The position numbers and the translations under genes were made by a program. A stretch of 64,000 nucleotides of DNA, taken from contig CM052816.1 of NCBI GenBank assembly GCA_028534125.1, positions 6,636,001-6,700,000 of the forward strand, given 5' to 3'. This stretch comes from Lama glama. Lineage: Eukaryota. The notes under the pieces are model-generated. The model worked only from the letters and a program-made list of their open reading frames with translations. It was not told where the DNA came from and searched no databases. The stretch's first letter is position 1. Each line of letters starts with the position of its first letter. This document shows, piece by piece, positions 38,928-49,832 of this stretch.

Positions 38928-39143
38928 AGGTTTTAGTGACACCCTGGTTCCTGATTTTATAGATTAGATCATCCATTGTAGTATCTTTTTGCCCAGTTTT
39001 AGACTCCACCATTTCTCTCTGTCCCAATATTGCAAAACATGTTGATCGGGAAATAATGCAGTGTTTCAAAACTGCGCAGGGCACACAGCCAGAGGAGAGC
39101 GCGGAAGAAGCCAAGGCTCACAGATCACGGCACTTGGAGCCCC

Positions 39144-39162
39144 TGACCACTAGGGGCCGCTG
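39144..39162 (+). promoter_or_regulatory. CTCF-like motif
   Basis: TGACCACTAGGGGCCGCTG versus the core CCAC(C/T)AGGGGGCGC (one core mismatch). Confidence 0.45.
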
Positions 39163-39804
39163 GTAAGCCACAGAAAAGCCAGAAGGATGCCTACCTAGCA
39201 GTTTTCAACATTGCCTTTCTTATTTAAAGGGCTTTCTGGACCATCAGAAATCCAGCTCAGGGACCCTTGCAAGGAAGGCTGGCTTTAGTTTCTATAAGGG
39301 AGTTAGCCTCAGGTTGCCCCCTGAGGTTGGACGTAAGGGAAGATGGGCCGTAATAGTCTGCTCCCACCTAGTCTGTAAGCTACAAGACTGATCAGGGAAG
39401 AAACGGCTGTGTGGCAGCATTTGTGGAATCCAGGAAGATCCTCCACCTGCAAGAATTTCCCCAAAGCCCAGGGACTGAAATCCCTTTTAGTCTTGTAAAC
39501 ACTGTAAACTTCCAAAGCCCACTGATAAGTGTAGGTTTCCAGGGAAGTGGCCATGTGTCAAGTCACTAGTAAATGCTGTTAGGCAGGAAAAAGCATCCGT
39601 GAACAAAGAAAAGCATGCAAACGTGGAGTTCCCAGCAGTGGGCTTAATTCTAGCTTAGCCAGTTATTAGCTGTGAAGCCTTGAACAAGTTACTTAACCTC
39701 TCTGAGCTTCAGTTTCTTTGGAAACCCCTACTTCATGGACTTTTTGTGGGAGTTTAGTTAAATGAGGTAACGTATACAAAGTTTCACGCATGTAGAAAGA
39801 CTAA

Positions 39805-39851
39805 TTTTTTTTTATGGAAGTATAGTTGACTCACGATGTGTTAGTTTCAGG
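39805..39851 (-). mobile_element. 47-bp severely truncated L1 insertion inside a MIR
   Basis: Poly-T plus ATGGAAGTATAGTTGACTCACGATGTGTTAGTTTCAGG, flanked by the perfect 14-bp TSD TGTAGAAAGACTAA. Confidence 0.9.
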
Positions 39852-40779
39852 TGTAGAAAGACTAAGTAATTTTTATTAGTTGTTATTCTCCTTTCATCAG
39901 GTCGAAGTAAGGTCAAGATTTGGAGAACAGACATACTGGCAGCGGGTAGATACGTAGGAAGAAGAAAAGGGATGACAAGGAAGGTTTAAAAGGCAAGAGG
40001 AAGCCAAAGTAGATGTCTCCGGTTCACCGAAGTCTGGATGAAACAAGTCAAGAAAATCTGAGGTGTGTGGTCACGTATTCAGAATTCTTTTCCTGTTATA
40101 TGTTTGCAGGGTGTGTAATGGAGTGTGTGTGTGAATTTGGCAGTGTTATAGCTACAGCTCAAATTTATAGCTCAGATGCCAGAAAACTTGTAAAGTTCCC
40201 TAGAGGCAGAACACCTGAGGCAAAATGAGATTGAAAAAAATATCAATTGTCAGAGAGATCAGGAAAAATGAGGGAGACTATGAGACTATCCAGTGCTGGA
40301 TCCAACACTGTGAGAAACACACAGCAAATCAGAGCACATCCACAGGGCAGTGAGTGGCTTGGGTGGGGTAGACAAACAGTCCCCAAAGACCAGTTGAAGA
40401 AATGCGGGATGATTGTGTAGAAAAACAGAGACAAAAAGGGAATTTGATCCCCATATTTGGAGCAAAGACTGTGGGGAATTAGGGGCAGCTGGCTGATTTA
40501 TGTTATGCAGCCCAAGAAAGTAAACTTATGATCAGTGGCTGTTGGATGGTCCATGAATCCCCTCATAAACTCAGTGTGTGTGTGTGTGTCTGTGTGTACC
40601 ATATATATTGTGCATCCTTTGCGGGAAAAAGGATCTATAGCTTTCATCAGATTCTCATGATCTCAGATAAGTTAAGAATCCTCAATATAAATAACAGCTA
40701 ATATTTATCAAGCAATTACTAAGTACCAAGCCCTTTATGTAAGTAATTGAATCTGTACCAAGAACCCTCAAGAGGCAGG

Positions 40780-41005
40780 ATGGCCAACTATGGATGTAGG
40801 CTTCAGAGCCAGCCTGCCTTAGTTTATATCCAATTCTGTCACAAGCTAGCTATGCCACTTTGACAACTCACTTTCTCAGTTCTCTAGTCTGTAAAATGGG
40901 GATAGTAATAATAACTTCAGAAGGTGTTTAGGAGGATTAAGTAAGGACATGTTAAGCTCTTAGAAAAGCATGTGACAAATAATATACTTAACAACTATTA
41001 ACTAT
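40780..41005 (+). mobile_element. MIR SINE
   Basis: CTCAGTTCTCTAGTCTGTAAAATGGGGATAGTAATA...GAGGATTAAGT. Confidence 0.8.
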
Positions 41006-41007
41006 TC

Positions 41008-41200
41008 CGTGGTACGCTAGTGAATGTTTTAAAACCAGCTCTTGAAGAAAACAGAGCTAATTATAGTAGTATTTGACAATTTCTGTCATGTAAATACTCC
41101 CACCATGGCCAATTTCAAGCTACCAAAGTCAAATCAATCAGCTCACAAAAATTCTAAAAATTTAACTTTTTCAGCTTTCATGAGATTATACAAGCCAGCT
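41008..41200 (-). mobile_element. MER63-like hAT MITE
   Basis: TGTAAATACTCCCACCATGGCCAATTTCAAGCTACCAA, the reverse of the motif in the 824-1022 element. Confidence 0.7.
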
Positions 41201-43462
41201 CTCTCTCTCTCTCTCGTTTACGTAGGAGTGGGAGAAGCAAAGTTCATGTTCTGTTGGAGGGGATAGGTTAGACAAAGGGAGTTTAAGAGAAGCTGACAAG
41301 AGAATGGAAACTATTTAGGGTGAAGAATGTTTCTGCAAATGGTGGACATGGATTTCCTTGGGGTCAGAGGGAAATCAACAGCTATCATGTATCAAGTGCT
41401 CATTACATTCAAAGGTACTTAACCTTTGTTCTTTCATTCAATCCTCACAACAGCCCCTGAGGCAGGTGGTGCTAGGTGGTCCTTGCCCCAAGTTCACAGA
41501 GGAGGGAAAAGGGGCTCTAAGACATTAAGAAATCTGCCCAAGGATGTGAGGGGCAAGAGCTGACAGAGGAGCCCAGGTCTCTGTGACTCTCAAGTCCTCA
41601 CTTTCCCACTTTCCGGTACTGCTACCCAAGTAACAGAGAAACATGGAGAGAAGGACACTTGATAAAGGTGGAAAGGGGCATCCTTGAAACTCCCTGGATA
41701 AATTCTAAAGATGGAGCAACAACCTTCACCGTCTTTCCCACAGCCTGCTCTGGGAAGCCCTTTCTCAGATGAGTTTTTCAAGGTGCTCCATGAACAGAAG
41801 GGTCCCCCAGTCACCCAGGTCTCCAGCACCTTTCTGCCGCTGCCACCATAAGGCTCTTCTCCCATGGGGCTTCTCTAGGACTACCGAGAGCCCCTGCCAT
41901 TATCCACAAGGTCTTTCCCCACAGAGCAGGTTCAAGTACTCAACTTGAGGCCATTTAGGGAAATTTATAAATGATGTGATTTCGGATGGTTTACATCATC
42001 TCTTTGTGTCTCAGTTTCCTCATTTGTAAAACAGAGATGAGCACTTCAAAGCACTGTTGTGAGGATTCAATAAAATAATATTGAAGAGTCTTAAAGGGGG
42101 CTTAAAGGAATATTGTAAACATATCATAACACTCAATAAATGTTAACTATTACAGACTGCCCAGAGATCTATGTTCCAAATGCATTTTGGGGGGACTTAT
42201 GGGGTCCTCTCCTCCCATTCTGGAACTCTGGTCCTAGGACTCCTTGACTCGCTTTTATTTAGCCCCAACTAGTGGTTCACAATCCTTTGAAAAGTTGCTG
42301 ATCCCTTTGGAAAGTGGAAGCTATGTATCCTCTCTCCAGTGAAACTTATGTATGCAAATTTTACATATATTTTCTGGAGAATACCTTGACCCCTTGAAGC
42401 CCATCCTCAGCCATGCCCACCAGACTAAAATTCTCTCCCTTCCATTTAAATTTGTCCATCCTTGATTTGGCTCCCAGATTCCAGCCCCTTCCTGCTCCTT
42501 TTCTATTTCCCTCCAATTTTCCCTGAATCTTCCTATATCCAAGGGTTTTTCATCCTCCCCTTCTTGCCTGCATCCAATCTCTAAGCAACTAACATAGCTC
42601 TGTCATCCATTGGCAACCCCCATAACCACAAAGAATCAAAATAATTTGGTCCATATTTTCAATTATACACTGGCAGGGCTAGAGGGAATTATAATACTGG
42701 GCAGAAAAGATCCTGAATTATCTTCCCTTCTAAGAACCACAATTCCTTAGACTCCGGTTTACATGCCTTCACATCCACTTTTGCCATTTCTGAAGCCACC
42801 TCTCAGTCCATAATAATACTATTCAGTGTTATTGTATACGTTGAAAAAGGCTGAAACTGTAGCAACCTGTCCACCAGGGAGGGTAAGTCCAAAATCTCTA
42901 GCTTTCAAAGGCAACACTTCATTAGGATCTAGGCTGAAATTCAGCAGGACCCCAGAGGTAGTATACTGTCCCTAGAAGTAAACACCATGTCCCATCAGCA
43001 GAAAGAACATAGCCTTTTTCATGTCACACACATCTATATAGATTATGCATGTAACCCTAGACAAGCCCCTCTGAGTCTCGCCTTAGTCATCTGGAAAATG
43101 GAAGTAACAATGGGAGGAAGGGTGGAGGTGAACACTGAACAAGACAGACTATGCTGATCGCTCAGCAGTCGTTCATCAATTTAACACCTATTTACTGAGA
43201 ACTTGCTATGAGTGGACCAACATGGTGAAATGGAGAATCCAACTTTGAGAAAGATATAATGCCTCTGTCAAGCTGCTCACAGTGCTTTTGGGAAAACAGA
43301 ACACAGTGCTTCTGTGTTAGAAGAAGGCACAGGATGCTCTAGGAGCCGAGAAAAGGGGCACAGAAGAATGCTTAGTATACAGCATGCACTAAGCAAATGC
43401 GCCTTCTTTTCCTCACTTAGTTGACAGATAGAGCCTCCAGCAACGAAATCGATAATCTACTC

Positions 43463-43570
43463 ACAGATGATGCCCTAGAAGGTAAGTTCTTGGTAATGCT
43501 CATCTTCTCATACACAAACAGATGACATCCCCCATCATCTACCCGAAATGCAGGGGGAGAAATCCCCAAA
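43463..43570 (+). repeat. Local direct repeat, copy 1 (with splice-donor/microexon-like cassette)
   Basis: Ungapped match to 44665-44772, about 90/108 identical by hand count. Confidence 0.92.
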
Positions 43571-44664
43571 GCTTCATTAGGCAAAAGACAGCCATTTAGA
43601 CCAAATGAGTTGAGGCCAACTGCTCACTCCATTCTTTAGAGCACTCACTGTTCTCATCTTGTGGCCAGGAGAGCAGTAAGAAAGAAAGCAGCCAGGAAAA
43701 TTAATCAGGATCCAGAGAATTTTAATAAAATGTTATTAGAAGTCAGCGCAAACTATAGGGAGGAGAGGAGGTACAGCCACCAGGGCGCTGGTTTCTGTTT
43801 TAATTGGATGACTCAGGTCTAGCCGGTCCAAAAAACTGCCCCACTGATTCCTAAAGCTTGGCTTGCGGGGCTCATTTTGCCTACAACAGAATTACGTTTC
43901 TTAGCTCTTCTCCATCAGCCCCGACCCTGTCCAACACCTGCGCTCATCCCACTTTTATTAGTTAACCCCTTTTCTTCCATTCCAAAGACCCCAATGCACA
44001 GCACATTAGAGGCACCTTCTGTGGAAGACAAGTACTCACTATTTGAAACCAAAGAATCAGGCTTTTGGTCCCAGCGTCTACTGGGAACCAACCATGGAAC
44101 CAAGATCAAACACTATCTCCTCACCAGGTCTGTTTTATCATCTGTAAAAGCAGGACATCAGAATAGATCTTTCACTATCTCTATAGTCTTTCCACTCTTC
44201 TTTGGTTCTAAGAAGTGCACACATACCACAGGATTTCCAATAAAAGGATTTTAGTGACAGCTGCACCCATCTTTGACATTAAAAGACAGGGTGATCATGC
44301 TTTACTCTTTTCTGCTCCCAGTGAAAACTCAAACCTGAATCAAGAAGTTGGCTTCTTCACCAGCGTGGTATCTACTAGCTTTCTCTTTGGATCTTCCTAC
44401 TCATCCTTCCATGGAGCTCAGTGATTTCAACACCCTGGCCTGTCCTCACCTGCATGGCTGGGCCAGTTTCTTGCATGTATGTAATATTTCTGTTCCCTAA
44501 AAGACTGCCCCATCTATTACCTTAATTGACCATCTCAAGAGAGGAGAGAGGAGAATTTCCCATTTTATTGATCAGGAAATTGAGGCTGAGAAAATGCCGT
44601 TGAATTGCTAACATCACGCATCAATTCAGTGACAGTATAGACTCAATCTTCCAATAATCCTTTT

Positions 44665-44772
44665 ACAGATGATGCCCCAAAAGGTAAGTTCTTGGTAATG
44701 CGTGTCTTCTCAGACAAAAGCCAGTGACATCTCCCATCATCCATCTAAAATGCAAGGGGAGAAATCTCCAAA
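44665..44772 (+). repeat. Local direct repeat, copy 2
   Basis: 1202 bp downstream of copy 1; shares the identical 21-mer AAGGTAAGTTCTTGGTAATGC. Confidence 0.92.
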
Positions 44773-45799
44773 ACTAACATTCTAAAAATGTAGGATAGTG
44801 AGAAGGTGGCACTAGTGTAAAAATTACTAACGAATAGAGACTGAAAAAACAATTGAGAAATGGATAAAAGTATAGGAAGGCCAAAGGCCAGATAAGTAAG
44901 GAAAGAAAACGACGACCAACTTTCCTTTGAAATCACCGCAGAAAATGACACCACCTATAATGGAGGTGGATCAGTTTCTTGGCAATAGGAAAAAATACTG
45001 CAAACATAGCTTTGAGATTACATTTTTTAGAAAGAGCAAGGTAAGGATTTTTTTCACCTTCTTTTAGTTTTTTTATTTGCTCTTTTATTAATATTCCATA
45101 TTTCATAGTTACAAAAAAACCTTCTACAGCACAGTGAAAATAAATTGGTAACGTCAGCACTTTCTCTTCACAGCTGGGTGTCCCAGGCTGGTAATGTTTT
45201 CTCCCATAAAACCATAATCCCATAAAATTTAAGGTTATTAAGTTGCAGGTGAATAATTCATGAGGCAATTATAAAACATTTATGACAGAATATTATGAGC
45301 TTCCAAATAAAAGGAGACATTTGGGGTCGCCGAATTGACAAACTTTGGTAGCTCTGCTTAGATCTCCCTTGAGGGATCTACACAGGTATTCCCCGTTGCC
45401 TTGGACATCTAGAGATGGGGGAAAGTCCCTCCAAGAGGTGTCTGGAATATAGCCCAACAACTCATCTGACTGGTGTCACAACCCACTGCAAGAGACATAA
45501 GCACTAGCCGAGGCCAGTAGTAATGGCGAAAGGAACAAAACCCAGTGGAGGACACACCCTGTGCCAGAGAAAATCACTTCACATGTATTGTGTCTCTAGT
45601 TCTCACAACTGAGACCCAACAAGTTTTATAACTTGCCAAAAATTATATATCCAGCAAGAGGCAGAGCCAGGATTTCTGACACGGTTGGTCTAGCCCTTGA
45701 GCCTCCACTCTTAACATCCATCATGCTGTCAATACTGCCAGATCTGGAGAATGATGAACTGGGGCATCATTAATGTATCATTTACACACAGTGTACCCT

Positions 45800-45970
45800 G
45801 TTCTTCAAAGCACTTTCATGTGCATTATTCCATCCCCACAAGGCTTCTGTAACATTACTGTTGCATGTTGAACAGAAGTTATTGTCTCCATTTTTCAGAT
45901 GAGTAAACTGAGGTCCAGAAAGGTTAAATAACCTGCTCAAGGTCATATAGCAAGTTAAAAGAGATACCAC
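45800..45970 (-). mobile_element. MIR SINE
   Basis: CTCCATTTTTCAGATGAGTAAACTGAGGTCCAGAAAGGTTAAATAACCTGCTCAAGGTCA. Confidence 0.85.
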
Positions 45971-46029
45971 AAATAGAGCTTCAAGGTTTAATCATAACGA
46001 TGCATCCACCATAAAATAACAGAATTGGA

Positions 46030-46620
46030 AAAGAATTTCCCTGCTAAATCTCCCAGCACGCATCTCTGAAAATTAGACCACTCAGCCTCTACCTGAGTAC
46101 CCTCCCTCTGAGCAAAAAGGAGCTCTCTGCTTAATGCAAAAACCTCTTTCACTATTGCGAAATTATGAACGTTTTTCTACTCCTGAGCCAGTATTTGTGT
46201 CCTCACAACTGACTACTATTTTATCCGAAAGGACATAAATCTTCCCTCTTCTCCTCTTAGCAGTCACTCAGCACCTCCCCATCATGGGTTCTTTCCCCAT
46301 CGCTTTTAGCTTATCATCTCCACCCCAGGATCTTCCACTTTTCTTCACAGAACATGTGTTTTTAATCTATCTCCTTTCTTAGATCTCTTCCTAGATGTAC
46401 CCTACTATGTTAATACTCTCCTTCCAAACAAAACTGAATCCCATCTCCAGAAACAACTGCTTAGGGTTAAGGTACCCTGACTCCTTCAAGGAGTTATAAC
46501 CATCACTTCCCCTATGGATATAGGCAAATCTAGCTAAAACCCCATGAGTTACTGTTACAATGCCTTTATATGAACTTGCTACCCCACTCTAAAACTCTTT
46601 CATTTGAACTGCTATTGAAC
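46030..46620 (-). mobile_element. CR1/L3 fragment
   Basis: CAGCCTCTACCTGAGTACC...GGAGCTCTCTGC...TTTTTCTACTCCTGAGCC resembles reverse L3. Confidence 0.55.
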
Positions 46621-47249
46621 TAAGTTGCCCTGTCTCCCCTCTGCACACATTCCTTTTATCTTCTGCAGCATATGGTAACTTCAAAACATCCTCCAGTGCA
46701 GGCAGAAATAGCATTCCCAAAGCCATCCCATCTGTCTGCATTTGCTCTGCCACGCTGAGCAGTGAGCATGACCTGAGCCTCCAAGGATGCCCAAAGCAAT
46801 CTAAGGAAATGGAGGGAAAAGTGCCTACTGGGGAACAGGATGAACCATCCTGTCCATTAAAAGTTGACTCTGTTCTATTAGATTCTCAACATAATGCATC
46901 TATGTTTTAGGGGTCAGGGTCTAATCACTGACTTCCTGCTAGAGTGATGGGCCATCTACTCTTCAGAATTGAGAGGGATCTTAAAGACATCTTGTCCAAA
47001 CTTCCTGTCCTATAGGATATGGAGGCCTAGAGAAGAGAAAGGACCTGCCCAGTCATTGTTAACTGTGGGACTGAAGCCCAGGCCTCGGGACTCCAAGCCA
47101 CTCTCTGCTTCATTTGAATCTTAGGGAGCAACTGATCTAACACCTCATTTATACTTGAGTAAACTAAGAACAAAGAGAGAATGTCACCCAGCTCAGGGGC
47201 TCTCAGAACAAAGACCAAACCCAGGTTTTATTACAAATGCTTTTCAATG

Positions 47250-48030
47250 GAAAAAAAGAAGAAGGCTGGAGGAATAACCCTCCCAGATTTCAGACTATAT
47301 TATAGAGCTACAGTAATCAAAACAGTATGGTATTGGCATAAAAACAAACATATAGATCAATGGAACAGAATAGAGAGCCCAGAAATAAATCCACAGACCT
47401 ATAGTCAATTAATCTTCAACAAAGGAGGCAAGAATATACAATGGAGAAAAGACAGTCTCTTCAGCAGGTAGCATTGGGAAAACTGGACAGCTGCATGTAA
47501 ATCAATGAAGTTAGAACACTCCCTCACTCCATACACAAAAATAACTCAAAATGGCTTAAAGACAAATATAAGACAAGACACAATAAATATCCTAGAAGAA
47601 AACATAGGCAAAACATTAACTGACATAAATCTTAGCAACGTTCTCCTAGAGCAGGCTACCCAGGCAATGGAAATAGCAAAATAAACAAATGGGATATAAT
47701 TAAACTCATAAGCTTCTGCAAACAAAGGAAACCATAAGCAAAACAAAATGACAACCTACGGAATGGGAAAAAATATCTGCAAATGATGCGACTGACAAAG
47801 GCTTAATTTCCAGAATATATGAACAGTTCATACAACTTAAAAAGAGAAAAACAAACAACCCAATCCAAAAATGGGCAGAAGATCCAAACAAGCATCTCTC
47901 CAATGAAGACATATGAATGGCCAATAGACATATGAGAAAATGCTCAATATCACTAATTATCAGAGAAATACAAATCAAAACTACAGTGAGGTATCACCTC
48001 ACACCAGTCACTATGGCCATCATTCAAAAC
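47250..48030 (+). mobile_element. Young L1 ORF2 fragment lacking its 3' end
   Basis: ORF 47181-47471: [44 protein letters not shown]. Confidence 0.95.
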
Positions 48031-48059
48031 TTGTAACTCAAATCAAGTAACAAGAAAAT

Positions 48060-48605
48060 TATTTTTTAAAAGACAGACATAGAAGGACACTGCAAAAACA
48101 TCAAGGTTATGAAAGATAAAGCCTAAGGAACTATTCCAGATTAAAGGAGACTAAAAAGACTTGACAATTAAATAAAACGTGTGGATTGTAACTTGGAACA
48201 GAGGGCTTTTGTTTTTTTGTTGGTTTTTTTCCTTTTGTGATGAAGAATATTTAGTGAAACAACTGGTAAAATTTGAATAAGGTCTGTATGTTGGGTAATA
48301 CTACTGTACCAATGTTAATTTTCCAATTTTGAAAATCACATCATGGTTATGAAAGAGTATCCTTGTTTTTAGGAAATATATACTGATCTGTTTATGGATA
48401 AAGGGTGATTATATCTGTAATTTACTCAGTACACAGTACTAAATTCAGAAATTTTATTTGTTATATAATATTTAGATTATATTTTATAAATATACTTGAG
48501 TAAAAGGGAACAAAATAGTATTAAAATGCTAACATTTGGGGAGTATGATTATAGGGTATGCAGATATTATTTGTATCATTTTGTGACTGTCACTTAAGTC
48601 TGAAA
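48060..48605 (+). mobile_element. Old L1 (L1MC/ME-type) 3' UTR fragment
   Basis: TTCCAGATTAAAGGAGACTAAAAAGAC...TGGTAAAATTTGAATAAGGTCTGT...AAAATGCTAACATTTGGGG. Confidence 0.75.
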
Positions 48606-48614
48606 TACCTCCTA

Positions 48615-49832
48615 TAAGAAAACATAGGCAAAACATCCTCGGACATAAATCTTAGCAATTTTCTCCTAGGGCAGTCTACCAGGCAAAAGAAGTAAGAGCA
48701 AAAATAAACAAATGGAACCTAATTAAATTTATACGCTTTTGCACAGCAAAGGAAACCACAAGCAAAACAAAACTACAACCTATAGAATGGGAGAAAATAT
48801 TTGTAAATGATGTGACTGACAAAGGCTTAATTTCCAGAATATATAAACAGCTTATACAACTTAATAACAACAACAACAAAAAAACCAATCCAAAAATTGG
48901 CAGAAGACCTAAACAAGCAATTTTCCAATGAAGACATACAAATGGCCAATAGGCACATGAAAAATACTCAATATCACTAATTATCAGAGAAATGCAAATC
49001 AAAACCACAGTGAGGTATCATCTCAAACCAGTCAGAATGGCCATCACTCAAAAGTCCATGAATAATAAATTCTGGAGAGGGTGTGGAGAAAAGGGAACCC
49101 TCCTACACAACTGGTGGGAATGCAGTTTGGTGCAGCCATTATGTAAAGCAGTATGGAGATTCCTCAAAAAACTAAAAATAGACTTACCTTATGATCCAGC
49201 AATCCCACTCCTGGGCATATATCCAGAGGGAATTCTAATTCGAAAAGATTCATGCACCCCAATGTTCCTAGCAGCACAATATACAATAGCCAAGACATGT
49301 AAGTAACCTAATGTCCATTGACAGATGACAAGATAAAGAAGTTGTGGTATATTTATACAATGGAATACTACTCAGCCATTAAAAAGATTAAAATAATGCC
49401 ATGTGCAGCAACATGGATGCACCTGGAGATCATCATTCTAAGTAAAGCCAGAAAGAGAAAGAAAAATATCATATGATACCACTTATATGTGGAATCTAAA
49501 AGAATGAAAAAGGAATCTGTGAACTCATCTACAAAACAGAAACAGACTTGCTGACTTAGTAAACAATCTTATGGTTACCAGGGAAAGGCAGGGGTGTGAG
49601 GGGACAAATTAGAGAGTTTGACATTTACAAATGTTAGCCACTATATATAAAAATAGATTTTTTTAAAAAGTTTCTTTTGTATAACACAAGGAACTAGGCT
49701 CAATATCTTGTAATAACCTTTAATGGAAAAAAAGATGAAAATGAATATATGCATCTATATGCAAGACTGGGACATTGTACTGTACACCAGAGATTGACAC
49801 ATTGTAATTGACTGTACCTCATTAAAAATAAG
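48615..49832 (+). mobile_element. Young 5'-truncated L1 with 3' UTR
   Basis: ORF 48992-49306 [17 protein letters not shown]...[20 protein letters not shown] (ORF2 Cys-rich C-terminus); ends GACTGTACCTCATTAAAAATAA. Confidence 0.95.

Noticed and set aside
48991..48998. Octamer motifs inside L1 copies (also ~33098 and ~63931)
   Set aside because: These are intrinsic to L1 ORF2 (EMQIK codons) and were excluded from the octamer cluster.
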